A DNA stretch of 63,740 bases, the filler included, from Welwitschia mirabilis (lineage: Eukaryota): NCBI GenBank assembly GCA_051453625.1. It is 5 parts of one record of this genome, joined end to end, with 100 filler letters (N's around TTAATTAATTAA, not from the genome) between each part and the next. Parts side by side here need not be neighbours in the genome. Positions count along the whole stretch, not along the records: positions 1 to 27,894 come from JBOZIK010000001.1; 4 more parts are not named here. One strand, 5' to 3'. The notes below the pieces were generated by a model. The model was not told where the DNA came from. It did no database searches and was given only the letters and a program-made list of their open reading frames with translations. Shown piece after piece: positions 1 through 14,043 of this stretch (within the stretch, counting starts at the first letter, position 1; every line of letters begins with the position of its first letter). The translations under genes and the position numbers were made by a program.

Positions 1-224
1 AATTATAAGGATATCCATTGATTCTCACTTAAAAAAAGGATTTTATTAAAATTAATATCAAAATGTATTACATAATTTAGAGACTCTCATAATTATGTAA
101 TTATGATTACTAATTAAAGATTACAAAATATGGGTTATAAAATACTCCTCCACTTAAAGAATTCACCCCTAGGAATTAAGTACATAATGATTTGAGAGTC
201 TAAGATTACATATTATGAGATTTA

Positions 225-3200
225 AAAGACTTGGATATTAATTTTTTATTGATTATTCTAGCTCCCAAGTAGCTTTATCAAGATTATTATTACTCAACTT
301 ATCTTTAATTGATGGATCTCCTTATTCAGTAAAGTAATAGTTTATTGGTCCAACACTACTTTCGGCTCCTCTATAGTTGAATAATCTGGTTTTACCTAAA
401 TATGAGACCAATTTAGTACATGAGAAGGATCTACAATATAGTTTCTTATCATATTCATATATTATGCATGTGCAATAATTAGAGAGGTAGAACATGTGTA
501 TATGCAATAGGTCCAACATGTACTAATATCTGAAATGGTCCAATAAATTTGGGGGCTAGTTGTGATCTTTTACCTCCTCGCATAAATAATTTCATTGGTG
601 ATACCTTGAGGAGGACATGATCACCTACTTGGAATTCAAAGTTTCTTTTTTGTTGATCTGCATACATATTTTTCCTATCTATTGCTTATTTTAATCTAGT
701 TTTAATGGCTCTCATCTTATTTTCCATTTCTTGTAACATTTCTAGTTATGTTGTTAAGATTTTTTCAAGTTCTATTCATGTAGTAGGTGCTTTGAATTTC
801 CTATCATATAAAGCTTTAAATGAATCCATTTGAATAGAATTTTGATAACTATTATCATATGCAAATTTCACTAATGGTATTCTTTCTAACTCTTATATTC
901 ATTAAGAACACATGCTCTAAGAAGATCCTCTAGGATTTGATTCACTCTTTTTTCTTATCATCTATTTAAGGATGAAATGTTGTGCTCATATTTAGCTTAG
1001 TTCCTAAATCCAATTGTAGTTCTTGTCAAAATTTAAAGGTAAATTTTGAATCCTTATGAGAAATAATCATTAAGGGCATACCATATAACTGAATAACATT
1101 CTAGGTGTAAACTTTATCTACATCATTAGCACTATAAGTAGACTTTACTAGAATAAAATATACTAACTTAATTTTCTATTAGTTATAATCATGATTAAGT
1201 TATCACCTCTTGGGGTTCTTAAAAGCCCTAATATAAAATCCATGCAAATCACATACTATTTATATTTGAGAACATTATGAGAATAGAGTACCTTTAATAG
1301 ATTTCTATGTTTTACTTTGACTTGTTAATAATTTAGATACGTTGATACAAATTTTGATATATCCTTTTTCATCCCTGACCATCAAAAATTTTGCTTCATG
1401 TTTTGACATATTTTGACTCCTTTAGGATGACCTGATATTGGTGGTTTATGAAATTAAAACATTATCTTTGTCTGATTCCATCTACATTAGGTACCAAGAA
1501 TCTTCCCTTAAATTTAATAATGTCTTTTCAATCAATACTAAAGTATCTTAAATTTCTTAATTTTTCTAACTGATCCTTTAATTTTGAACAGTTTTCATCT
1601 TGGTTTTGACCCTATATAATAATAGTATGTATTTGATTTTAAATTTTCATAATTATTTTAAGATAGTCACATCTACTAAGAGCATCTGCAACTTTATTTC
1701 CTTTGCCCTCATGGTATAAAATTTTAAGATCAAAATCACATAAAAATTCCATCTATCTTCTTTGCCTAAAGTTTAATTTTCGTTGGGTGAAAATATATTT
1801 TAAACTCTTATGATCAGTCCAAACTTAAAATTTAACACCATAGAGATAATGCTTCCATAACTTNNNNNNNNNNNNNNNNNNNNNNNNNNNNNNNNNNNNN
1901 NNNNNNNNNNNNNNNNNNNNNNNNNNNNNNNNNNNNNNNNNNNNNNNNNNNNNNNNNNNNNNNTTTCATCCATCTTCTTTACCTAAGGTTCAAGTTTAAT
2001 TAGATGAAAATGTATTTTAAACTCTTATGATTAGTCTAAACTTGAAATTTAACATCATAGAGATAATGCTTTTATAACTTCAAAGAAAATATTACTGTAG
2101 CTAATTTAAAATTATGAATAAGCTAATTTCTCTTATATGTCTTAAGTTACCTTAATCCATAGACTATTATTCTTTTATCTTATTCAAGAAAAACTATAAG
2201 ACCTTTTCTTGATGCATCAGTGTAAACTAAAAAGGTCTTAAAATCATTTTGCATTGCTAAAACTAGATCACTAGTTAAACACTCTTTAAGATGATTAAAA
2301 GATTGTTAACATTTTTTATCCACTGAAAGTCTTTATCCTTTCTTAAGAGACTTGTTAAATAAGAAGCTATCTTAGAGAACTAAAGATAAATTGCCAATAG
2401 CACTTAACAAGACCAAAAAAGCTTCTAACTTCAGTAATAGTTATGGATGTTGACCATTACATAATTACCTTAACTTTATTTGGATTAACTGAAATACCTT
2501 CTCTAAATACTACATGACTCAAGAAATAAATGGATTCCTTCCAAACAGAACATTTTTCTATGTTAATATATAGTCGATGATTTCTTAAAGTATCTAAAAC
2601 TATTTCCAAATGTTTCTCACATTCTTTATAAGATTTAGAATAAATGAGAATGTCATCAATGAACACAATTACAAAGAAGTTAAGATATGTCTGGAATATA
2701 TAATTCATAAGACTCATGAATATTACAAGGCCATTAGTTAATCCAAAAGGCATGAGAGTGAATCATAATACCCATAGTAATTTTAAAGGTTGTTTTCTAA
2801 ATAACTTCTTTCTTAATTTAAACCTGATGATATCCAAATTTTAAATCAACCTTGGAAAATTAGTCAAAGAAGTCATCTATTCTTGGTAATGAATACTTGT
2901 TCTTAATTGGAACTTTATTTAATAGTTTGTAATCAATGCATAACCTATGTGTTCCATCCTTTTTCTTTACAAACAACACTGGTGCATCCCATGATGATAC
3001 CCAAGGATGAATAAAACTTTTTTATAGAAGTTATTCAAGCTGAATTTTTAATTCTTTTATTTCTATAGAAGACATTCTATAAGATGCCTTACAAATAGGT
3101 TGAGTTCCTAAAATCAAATTAATAGCAAACTCAACTTCTTGAATAGATGACATTCCTAGTAGTTTCGTTGTAAATACATTAAGATAATATTGGATTATTG

Positions 3201-4760
3201 GTATATTCCCCACTAAAGATCCTCCTTCCTTTATGTTAGCTGATTTTAGACAAAGCATATAAACTAATAATCCCTTTTAATTTTCATAACTATATGCTTG
3301 GCTTTAATTAAGTTATTCCAAGCTGATTCGGATTAACTTTAAAAGGTTATTCTTTATCCATGATTTATTATCTCTACTTAACCCTTCTCATAATTTATAA
3401 CAGCCTTATTATGCATCAACTAATTCATGCCCAAAACAACATCATATTTTCTTAGATTAATAACAATTGATTGTATCTAAAAATATCCCTCACTTATAAA
3501 TAAAGTACAATTTTAAACCTGATGATTAACCTTGGTTATGAACTCATTTGTAAGCTCTATCCATCCCTTAAATAGAGTGCAATATAATTTTTCTCTTAGA
3601 ACAACTTTAGGGGATATAAAATAATGAGTTTTTCCATAATCAAATAAAATAATTATTTTTGTATTAGTAAGTAAAGCTTTACCTCCTATGACTGACCTCT
3701 AAAATTACACCCCTTAATTATCTATTACTACTCGAAGTCATCCAATTGGTTGTTGAACGTTATACGATCCTTGAGGATATTCTAAGTGATATCTAGGTTG
3801 GCTCTTAGTGAGTAATGAAAATTCTTTAACCCTATGGTTTTCTTTATAATTGAAGCATTAAAAGCCATTATTAAACTAATCTTGATGATGACTTTGGATA
3901 GGATTCTGCTTAAAATTAGATCTTTGTGATTAATTGCTTACATGACTCTAGCTAGGAATATTCCAATTCCTCTTGAATGATGCATGTTTGTTTCAGTTGA
4001 AATTCCTATTTTGTTGTTATTATTAGAATCATTACTCATATTAAAATTCCAATTCTTATTATGATGAGATACATATGATTGATTTCCCTTAAAGCTGAAG
4101 CCCTTAGGAGGAATTTATTTCTTATTCTCTTATTATCTTTATCAATTTTGCTTTACCATTTTTGCTTGCTCTATAGCCTCAACTAAAGTTTTAGGTTTGA
4201 ACATAGATACTTTAGCAGTAACTGAAGACAGAAGACTATCTTTGGCTTCTTCATCAAGATGCATATGCGATACATATTTTAATAATTACATAAATTTACA
4301 TTCAGGAGCAGATATAGTCACATTAAGTGCTTACCTAAGATTGTATAATTTGGTAACCTTTTAGTGAATGTAGAACTTAGTGATATACTTTTCTTTAAAT
4401 ATGTACTTAAACTCTTCCCATGAAAGTTCCACATCACTTAGCCATGCTTATACTTTTGATGGATCTAGACCTCCTATAAATTTTGGTGTATTTAACTTAA
4501 TAAATATTTAATTTAACTTCTTCATACCCACATCCTTATTAGATTGATTGATACCATTATTTATTTACGGGTTTTGATCTTGATTTACCATTTGTGATAG
4601 AAACTGCATGAATTCACTATTTAATGTCTTTGTATTAAGAGTAATAAGAGGCTTATTTTCATCATTATGTTGTTAATTAATCCTTGAATTATCTTGATGT
4701 TAACTAGTTAGTGCAATTAAATTAACCTCAAGACTTGATTGACGAGATGAGACATCTAGA
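225..4760 (-). pseudogene. Degenerate gag-pol polyprotein of the chromovirus (gag, PR, RT, RH, IN, chromodomain)
   Basis: ORF fragments 479-667, 2457-2753 and 3031-3258, plus motifs read through many stops and frameshifts. Confidence 0.88.
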
Positions 4761-6231
4761 AGGAGTGAAAATTATATCAGATTTTTTTTATAAGAGGATA
4801 AATATTAGATTAAAAGTTGAAGTTCATATTTTCTTAATAAAGATTTTGTTATAACCATTAGGTAATTAATTTAAAGTAAATGATCCAGTTAATTCCTCTT
4901 CCTCACTTACAAAGGAATTTATTCTATTATACTCATAAGTTACTTATAGGGAATATTATTTGAAAGCATGAGGGGAATTATATAACTAATCATGTAGTTA
5001 ATATAAACTAGATAAAGGTTTAAGCTAATTGATTAGGCTACACATCTTTAGAGTTATTAAGTAAACAACCTTAATGTTTATGGTTGAAAGGAAAGAAGAA
5101 GAGCCTAAATTTTAATAAATGGTATATAACAATGATATAAAAATAAGATTAACTTAACCAGAAATCATATAATATATTTAAAATAATTTGGCACTTGCAT
5201 TAGATAATTTTGTATAATTATTAAAATTAATAATAAATCTTCTTATCTTTTATAAGATATTAAAACTAAAGATCTATAGTTAATTGTTTCAAAATGTAAA
5301 AATAAATTAGACTTAATAGTATCAAACTAGACTCGTTATACTATCCCTAGAAAATAAATTTAATAAATTTTCATTAGTATAGATGTATTTTATATATTCA
5401 AACTTTAACCTATAAAAAATAACTTAAATTTTGGAATTGCTAAACTAATACCCTTCAATAATATGACCATAACATTTAATCTACTTAGAGTTTTTGAATG
5501 AGTAAATACTTGTTGAAAATCTTATTAAATTATGTACAATTTTAACTACTTCATTTGTACCAAAAACTTTTTGTAAATTATGAAAACTAAAACTTTGTTC
5601 TTGCTATATTCTGCTTATGATTTTTGAGTTATTTTCATAAAATAAATTTTAAAAATTATTTTATTGTCAAAACAAAAATTACTATTCTAGAACTTTTAAA
5701 TTTCTAATATGATTTTAGAACCATACAAAAAATTTCATAAAGTTTCACTTAATATTAAATGAGTTATAACTTTATTAAGTTAAGCTTCACTTTAAAAATA
5801 AGTAAACTTTAACTATACTAAGCAAGAGAACTCATACTAATTTATAAAAATAAAAATCAATTAAATTAACTATAAACTAATAATAATAATTTGTATTCTA
5901 AATACATAAAACATAATTAGGAGTAATATAAACTCAACTTAATATAATAAATAATGCATCAATACTATAAGCCTTAGGAATTATCTAAGAAGGAGTGCCT
6001 AGCCTAAATAGATTCTTGAGGATCAAACTTGTTTGCCCTAATAACACTCTAATGAAAATTTGATGTAAAATGAATTTAAACAATAACACAATGCAATGTA
6101 ACATGAATACCCAAAATCATAGTGAACCCCCTAGTTGCTTGACCAAAATATTCATTAAATAAATAGAAAATAAGCATGTTAAGAGGTCCCTCAACTCTTT
6201 CTCTCATCTTATTCTATGCTAATGGGAGGGG

Positions 6232-6256
6232 ATATATATATATATATATATATATA
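6232..6256. repeat. (AT)n microsatellite
   Basis: Perfect AT dinucleotide run. Confidence 0.95.
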
Positions 6257-6694
6257 GAACCATTGGTAGCCCCATTAAGTAAGAGTATAAAGAGATCCCT
6301 CAATTCTCTCCCTTATCTTAGTATCAACCAAGGGAAGGGGAAATATAAATCATATGCATAGGTGTAATGTAATAAATGAAGCTAAAATTCTCATGAAAGA
6401 AGAATATACTTGAAGGGAAGAAGATTGATGATCCTTGAAGATGATTGAAGAAGTACTAATCTCCAATATTCTATCTCTAAGCTTCTAAGCTCTGATCTCT
6501 AAGCTCAAACTCCACACTCAAGAAGAGGAAAGATTGAGAAGAAATTTTGGTAGTATAAACTTGCATGAAGAATACTTATTTGAGAAGAAGGAAGACGGCT
6601 CTATTTATAGATAAATGGTATAGCAAAGGTTCTTGATATAATTGGTTAAAAACCACCTACATCATTTTATCCATAAGATAAGGAAGTCTCTTTT

Positions 6695-8062
6695 ACTTGA
6701 TAAGATTAATCAATAACAAGTTGAATGGATCTTATGTAAAAGTGACATTGACATGTGAATGACAATGATTAGATTTATCAATGATAAATTATATAAACTT
6801 TGTGTAAAAGTGATATGGACATCTGAATGACAATGATAAGATTAAGCAAGAACAAGTTGGATGAGCTTGTGTAAAAGTAACATTGATAAGATTAATCAAT
6901 GAGAAGTTATAAGAGCTTATGTAAGAAGTGAAAGTGATGTATAAATGACAAAAGAAATCTTATTTATGACTCATGCACCTAATTTATGTAAGTAATCTTA
7001 TTTCTTTAATTAACAATATTAGTTACATGTATTATTTCCTTATGCTAGTTCCTTCTTAATCCTTTATAGGCTCATAATTAATCCAAAATATATTTAAAAT
7101 GCATTAGAAGAACAAATGCATTAATTTCAAAATTTCCATGTCATAAAATAAGAAAATAATATTTTATGCATAAAGTAATTCCACAAATATCAATAAGGAT
7201 AAAAGTCATGATAAAATAAATTCTACCCATTTATCTTTTTTGGTTTATAAATAAGAGTGCATGTCCTTATTCGCATGTTTACACTCTTTATGATCCATCA
7301 TATCAAAAACAATACAAATCATAAGAAGGGAATGTCATAATTGAATGTAAGAAAAATTTCATAATGAGATGTAAGAAAATGTTATAATTAAATGTAAGAA
7401 AATGTTATATTTGAATGCAAGAAAATGTCATAATTAAAAATAGTACTCTTACTTATTATTCTTTTACTTTTACTANNNNNNNNNNNNNNNNNNNNNNNNN
7501 NNNNNNNNNNNNNNNNNNNNNNNNNNNNNNNNNNNNNNNNNNNNNNNNNNNNNNNNNNNNNNNNNNNNNNNNNNNNNNNNNNNNNNNNNNNNNNNNNNNN
7601 NNNNNNNNNNNNNNNNNNNNNNNNNNNNNNNNNNNNNNNNNNNNNNNNNNNNNNNNNNNNNNNNNNNNNNNNNNNNNNNNNNNNNNNNNNNNNNNNNNNN
7701 NNNNNNNNNNNNNNNNNNNNNNNNNNNNNNNNNNNNNNNNNNNNNNNNNNNNNNNNNNNNNNNNTCATAAATATCAATAAGGATAAAAGTCATAATAGAA
7801 TAAATTCTACTCATTTATCCTTTTTAGTTTATGGATAAGAATGCATGTCCTTATTCACATGTTTACACCGTTCATGATCCATCACATCAATAACAAATAT
7901 CACAAGAAATGAGTGCCATAATTAATGTAAGAAAAATGTCATATAGAAATGTAAGAGATGTCATAATTTAATGTAAGAAAATGTCATAGTTAAATGTAAG
8001 CAATTGCCATGGTTGAACATAGTGCTCTTACTTTTGCTTACTTGTTATTCTTTCACTTTTAC
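6695..8062. repeat. Tandem subrepeats inside the LTR
   Basis: There are ~65-bp units (TGTAAAAGTGAC...GACAATGAT) at ~6695-6950 and ~25-bp units (AATGTCATAATTGAATGTAAGAAA) at ~7330-7440 and ~7910-8005. A ~290-bp block is duplicated (7186-7475 vs 7767-8062). Confidence 0.8.
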
Positions 8063-9082
8063 CAAGTAATTTTAGTTTCCTTTAATATTTAAATAAGGCA
8101 CATGAATAAATGATTAAAATAAATATGTCAAATGCCATTTTTGTAGACATTATTTTATGCCTGCATATATTTTTTTGATTTAACTATTTAACCATATAAA
8201 TGGCTTGTCCAATCATCAATAGGTTTATTTAGTAATAAATTTCTTATCGTTATAGTTTAAAATAATAAAATTACCCAAAACTAAATTAATTAATTATTAA
8301 ATTTTAAAATATATGTTTGGCATAATACATTATCAATTATAAGGATACTCATTGATTCTTACTAGAAAAAAATGGATTTTCATTAAAATTGATATCAAAA
8401 TGTATTACATAATTTAGAGACTCTCATAATCATGTCATTGTGATTACTAATTAAAGATTACAAAATATGGGTTATAACATTGGCATTAATCAAAATCATT
8501 CTAAAACATTAATTTTATGGAGGTTTCATGCATTAAAGAAGGAAAGGTTATCTTTCTTACTTTCTTATTTCTTTTGTATAGGCTTCGTATAGTATTATTG
8601 TGATTTTTAAAAGCCTATACATTGTTAAGAACTTCAAAGATTGCAAAACATGATTATGTATAATTGTTAACATTTGTCTTCATACATCTAGAATTAAATC
8701 TTAAAAATCTGGATTAGACACTATGAACATTCATAAAGATGTTATCATTTTGTTTAATGGATGCTAAAATATTACATGTATATAATCTTACTTATATCAT
8801 ATTTCTATAGAATATTTTAGAGCAACTTGAATCATTTCAAGCATATGTTTATACTACACAATATAAGGCATCAGTGAAACATTCTAAAGTCACATGACAT
8901 TATACAACTTCTAACACAATCTTAAGCTCACAATCATAGCTTAGATTTTAGTAGTTGCATGGTAGAGAATTTATTCCTAATGTAGATTACAAATACTTGT
9001 ATGTAACATTGGCATTTTTTTGTTGACCACTAATGATTTACTTATTTTAATTTAATTTAGTTTTAATTATGATTAATCACAG

Positions 9083-12000
9083 CTTGTAGCTGAAACTTTG
9101 ATGAACAAGACTATAAAGGAGGCTCACAAACAAAAAAAGGAAATGTAAGAAGAAAGGTATTAAATTGATATTGTCATTTAATATAATTTTAAAATTTTGA
9201 TTTTCTTTATGGCTTTTTAACAATGTAATCATTTTAAAGGGATGATTAGGATGGTTTATCCTTAGCAAGAAAAGTGTTTGATGCAACTATAAACAAAATA
9301 TATTCAGATAGCAACACAGATGATGTTGATAAGCTTGTTAAAACTATGAGCCATGCTGATATTGAAGTAAGCGGAAATGTTGTTGTACAGATGCTTCTTT
9401 ATTTTAGCAGAATAGAATACTTAATAATATCCCATTGCATTTATACCTTTTAGCCATGTCAGATGTATTTGGCCCACCTACATAATTTTCTAGGCTAACA
9501 TGATTAACATGCAAAGTATGCTATATGTCTTTGTTATTGGAGGGCATATCCTAGACTTTTATGATGATATGATAAATTCAAAAAATTAATGAGTAGGATA
9601 AAAATCTTTGGGCTTAATTCTATGTTGTCGATGTAGTTCCTCAACCCACATTAGTTAATCTTATCAAGGAAAAGATAGGCAAACAAAATATATCATGTTA
9701 GATCATGTTCATGTTGTTTAAAATGTTTGTGTTTACAACATTGTTAACTTCATGAATAGTATACAAAAAATGTAAAAATGCACCATTCGAAAGTAACTAA
9801 ATGTTTTTTATTTAAAGATATATATAGAGATTAGAAAAATTTAATAATAAAGATGATGCTATGTTTGCTACAATCCAAGTTGTATTTAAAGAAGTTGACT
9901 AATGTATTGTTAAGAAGTATAATATGGTGTAAAATGCAAGAGGATAAACATAAGCATCAGACATAAAGAGAGTATCAATAGGAAGGTGAATTTTTTGATG
10001 TCCCTTGTGATCATGTAAGTGAGAATCAAGAATTTGTAAATCTGTAATGATTTGCATTTTGAATCGGTTATTATTTTTTATATATGTAATCTATTTCACA
10101 AATAATATCAAGTCTTATTTATTTCCATGTTGATCTTCTTAGTGGCCTACTAAAATACTTGATCAATCATAAGCTTCCTTTCCAATGTATTAATGCGATA
10201 AGAATTAGACCAAGTCTTGAGATAATACATGTGATATCACTAGAAAATGTCCATCTTATTAACTATTTAATTTGTTAAAGTAGAAAGCTGCATGTTATAA
10301 AGTAAAAAAATTTAATCCTTCAAAAACAATTGTAGGAGTATTAGTATAGCATAGATCTATCTCTTTGTGGTCTCCAACTTTTACATGTATGTTTATTGTT
10401 TTATGCTTGAAGTCCTTCTTTCTCTTTTGAAGCTTTAAAAACTTTGTCATCTGTCGCTTAAATAGGTTCAACTCACTTAAAAAAAAGGCTTCTGAGCTTA
10501 GATTAACCTCAAAAAATATAAGTTGATCATAAAGGACAATCTGAGAAAATATTTGAAGTACTCTAAATTAAAGTGTTTTCTTTCTTAACCCCTTATACAT
10601 TATTAACTAGTTTCCTTCATAATTAAACACATGCATAGGAAAATTCAGAAAATGTAAGGTATTGCAAGGCAACTAAAGACTTGAGCTACAAGTCTTGAAA
10701 CTATTTTAGTTAACATAGAAATATTTCATTCATAACANNNNNNNNNNNNNNNNNNNNNNNNNNNNNNNNNNNNNNNNNNNNNNNNNNNNNNNNNNNNNNN
10801 NNNNNNNNNNNNNNNNNNNNNNNNNNNNNNNNNNNNNTAGAAATATTTCATTCATAACAATATATTTGTAGTTTGTGTGATAGAATGTGATGACTAACAT
10901 ACAAAGGTACAATCATAAACATGAGCATCATAATGTCATATTGGTCTTGAATTTTCTTCATACTTGGTTGGAGCATATATCCCTTGGATGGTTGATTATT
11001 TTACTTCATAACATGTGTGATACTCAAGATTTTATATTTTCTATAGAAAGTGTAGAAAAAAAAACATTAGAAGGTTTTAGAGACCTTATTTCATATGCTC
11101 ATTTTATCTCCTCACATATTTGGATAGAGGACTTTAGAAGGTCCTTAATATGAAGAAATATCCATATTTCTTTGACTAAGTGTAAAGAAGGCTTTAAAAT
11201 CTCTAAAAGATCTCATGTATTCTCTTCTCACACATTTTATTTTGGACTCTATAAGGTTCTAAGTTGGAAATCATATATAGGGAAGGAGGTATTAGAAAAT
11301 ATTTAATCAAGACTCATGATGGAGGTACCCCTTACATAGGTGATGCTAGTTAAGTAATCAAAAAGTTTTTGTGTGTTGTGCATAGAAAAGTATGATAAAT
11401 TAGCATGTGAAATTAATAGAGGAGTTTATGCCATTAGTTATTCCTATTCTTGGGTGTTAAAATCACTACATGAAGCATAATTGAGTTGAAGGATAATTTT
11501 GATGAAAGGTAAATCATCAAAAGTATTGGTGTAATTTATTGGATGTGAATTGAAATCTATGTTTAATCACATTCTTGCATTTTTAAATTAATCTTTATGT
11601 TCTATTTTGTTGTTAAGATTCAAAATAATGCAAAGCATGTTTTTCGATGTATTTATTTTAATGAGGTCAAATTAGAGTACATTGGAATTTTTTTGTTTTT
11701 AGGATTTCTCTTGTTCTCTCCATAGGAGGTAAATAGGGTTTTATCTCTCAAAAAGGCCATTCTTACCTTATGATTCTAATTTGTGTTGGTTGGAAAAAAA
11801 TACAAGCTTTATACTACTTTCTTATGGGTCTAGGTGAGAGAGATGCCAAATCATGCGAATTCTTGTGTGCTGCTTATTTGTGTTTTCTATTTTTATTTTT
11901 CTTCAATTTTCATTTGCTACTACATTGATAACATTAATAATTTACAAATAATATCAATATAGAGGTTGATATTACTATAGTAAACCTTCTTTTACCTTTA

Positions 12001-14043
12001 TCTTACTTTTTAACTAATTTTTCCAGTGTGTCTTTGAGCAGCTGAAGATAGTGCATTACTTTAATATTTACTTTTCATCATAGTATTACGTTAGCAATCT
12101 TAGGACCAAGGATGTTAATGTATGCTAACTACAAATATTATTTTGATAGTCTTATTTTATCCTATTGGTGTAAAAAGGTATGATTAGATCATCATTTTTT
12201 TCAATACTATGTGCCTTATTTAAGCTAATATTATTAAACATTCAATAACTATGAACTTATTTTTTAATTTATGAGATATGTTGATATCTATAATTCAAAT
12301 TTTAATATTTTTTTAGTTAAATTAAAGGAATTGCATTTTATATGACCTAGAATTTTATTTCACCTATGGGTCATAACCCCAACATTTCTATGTTCCTCCT
12401 CTTTGAATCCATTAAAATTGCTTTTTACTTAGTATATTGCAAGCTCTTAATTTGGAGTGCATTAAATTTATTTCCTATTAATTTAAGAAGATCTAGGAAT
12501 AATTCGAAATTGGATATCCAATATTAGTTACTGATGTAAGATTTAGTGAAATATCTTAAGGAAATGTGTAGTGGGTGCATGTAGAATATTGAAGTTGTTA
12601 GTTGTATGGCATGTTTTTGTCTTTTTCCTTTATTTGTGTTTTTAAAATTTAGATAAGCATAGTTTTTTAGTTGAAAAATGGACAAGCATACTTTTGTGTC
12701 AATACTAAATAGGACAAGCAAAATCTCATATGACATTTACATCTTGAAGTATACATTGTGTTGATCATTAAAGAGAGCAATGGCATTCCTTAAATAAGTT
12801 TGAAATGGTACTTAATCTTAACATTCAAACTCCCACATCATTTGTCATAATTAACACTAAAGTAGCTCACAATTTAACTTCATTAATGCATTTTTTACTT
12901 AATTTACTAAAATGACACATCTTCCCATACCATGATGATAATTCCTCTCTTGGATTCTTTAACTAAATAGCTTTGTAATTTGCCTTTTGCAGATAACATT
13001 ATTCCTATTTTAGGTGATGTTGTTTTTAATATCTATAAGGAGTATGTAATCAATACTCAAATATATCTATTTTAGTAATTGTTTTATAGCTATTAAAGGA
13101 TTATTTCTTAAATTTTTACATTTAATCAATTAATTTTTATTTCTTAACTTGCTTATACAGTGTGGGGAAAATACTTAGTAAGTATACCACAGGCAAACTT
13201 CCAAAAGCTTTAAAGGTTATGCCATCATCAACCCATTGGAAGAAGGTTCTTTACCTAAATAAGCCAACAAAATGGTCTCCAAATTTAATGTATTAACTTG
13301 AATTTTTATATCAAACATGAATGCAAAGATGGCTCAACAATTTTAGTACCTTGTGTTGTTTCCATGTGTCAGGGAGAATATTAGTAAGAACAAATGTCTT
13401 TATTTTGCTTTATACCAAGCATTGAAAAAGACTCTCTATAAATCATAAGCCTTTTTCAATGGTGTTCTTCTACCTCTGTCAAGTCTGCATTTATTTTTTA
13501 AATTAATGTTGTGTCACTAGTATGTAATATTTTTCATAAGATTTGGAAAAATTAAAGAGGTTATGCTTGATTCAGTACTAGTTAATCATTTTGTATCAGA
13601 TAGATGATATATCGAAGTGAATGGTTACTGAAATTTTGAGATTTTAACATCACTTTCTTTCAATGTTCTATTATCTAATATTGTTTAAGATATTCAATTT
13701 GATTCTGTAGTCAAGGACATGCAACCTACATGAAGATGTCATTATTGGAAGTGTCATTTAGAAAGTTTCAATACCCTTATTACATTCTAAGTGTATTTCT
13801 ACATTCTATAGAGACATCAACTTTAATAAAATAAATTTGTTTCTTTGGTGCATATGTAGGCTGAATTTGTAAATGAGGTTCATTTATTCACTCTTTCTTT
13901 GGTAATATATTTGAAGAGGCTTTAAATTAAACACTATATTTTTATCTTAACTTTTGATTAAGGTCTATTAAGCTATGTTAAACTTTCATGTAATAGTGCA
14001 TGCCTAATTAAAATAGTAAAATGGAATATTATGATACTAACAT
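9083..14043 (+). pseudogene. ENP1: Bystin (ENP1/BYSL) unprocessed pseudogene, seven decayed exons
   Basis: Exons with consistent phases: 9083-9156 (LVAETLMNKTIKEAHKQKKEM*EE), 9240-9366, 9582-9696 (INE*DKNL...PQPTLVNLIKEKI), 12993-13041 (IPILGDVVFNIYK), 13161-~13483 (VGKILSKYTTGKLPKA...WSPN...LYFALYQALKKTLYK), 13711-13790 (TCNLHEDVIIGSVI*KVSIPLLHS), 13997-14043 (ACLIKIV/MEYYDTN). It has multiple stops, frameshifts and mutated splice sites. Confidence 0.9.
11016..11932 (+). repeat. Probable decayed solo LTR inside a bystin pseudogene intron
   Basis: TG...ACA-like ends, a TATA-like TATATAG near 11275 and a T-rich U5-like end. Boundaries were not verified. Confidence 0.3.

Larger units (their letters stand above)
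1..8479 (-). mobile_element. Ty3/gypsy chromovirus (Tekay/Del-like) LTR retrotransposon, decayed; 3' LTR runs off the left edge
   Basis: Bases 1-142 match 8335-8479 (LTR pair; the minus strand begins TGTTATAACC at 8479). A PPT (TTAAGTGGAGGAGT on minus) lies at 144-157. On the minus strand the order is gag (KLNTPKFIGGLDP, ELSWEEFK), RT (MPFGLTNG, VFIDDILIYS), RNase H, integrase (QLAPKFIGPF) and chromodomain (KATWELE...YPSL). Confidence 0.92.
4860..8479 (-). repeat. Long 5' LTR of the chromovirus (left boundary uncertain)
   Basis: The right end is fixed by homology to 1-142. A TATA-like CTATAAATAG lies on minus at 6601-6610. The left end is inferred only from a very degenerate PBS-like stretch near 4842-4857. 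Confidence 0.55.

Noticed and set aside
7330-8005. Regular ~25-bp repeats as a CRISPR-like array
   Set aside because: The units are contiguous and degenerate with no unique spacers, and they lie inside a plant LTR.
8528-8665. Possible first bystin pseudo-exons (…RTSKIAKHD…)
   Set aside because: Plausible by position, but too degenerate to support boundaries or frame.
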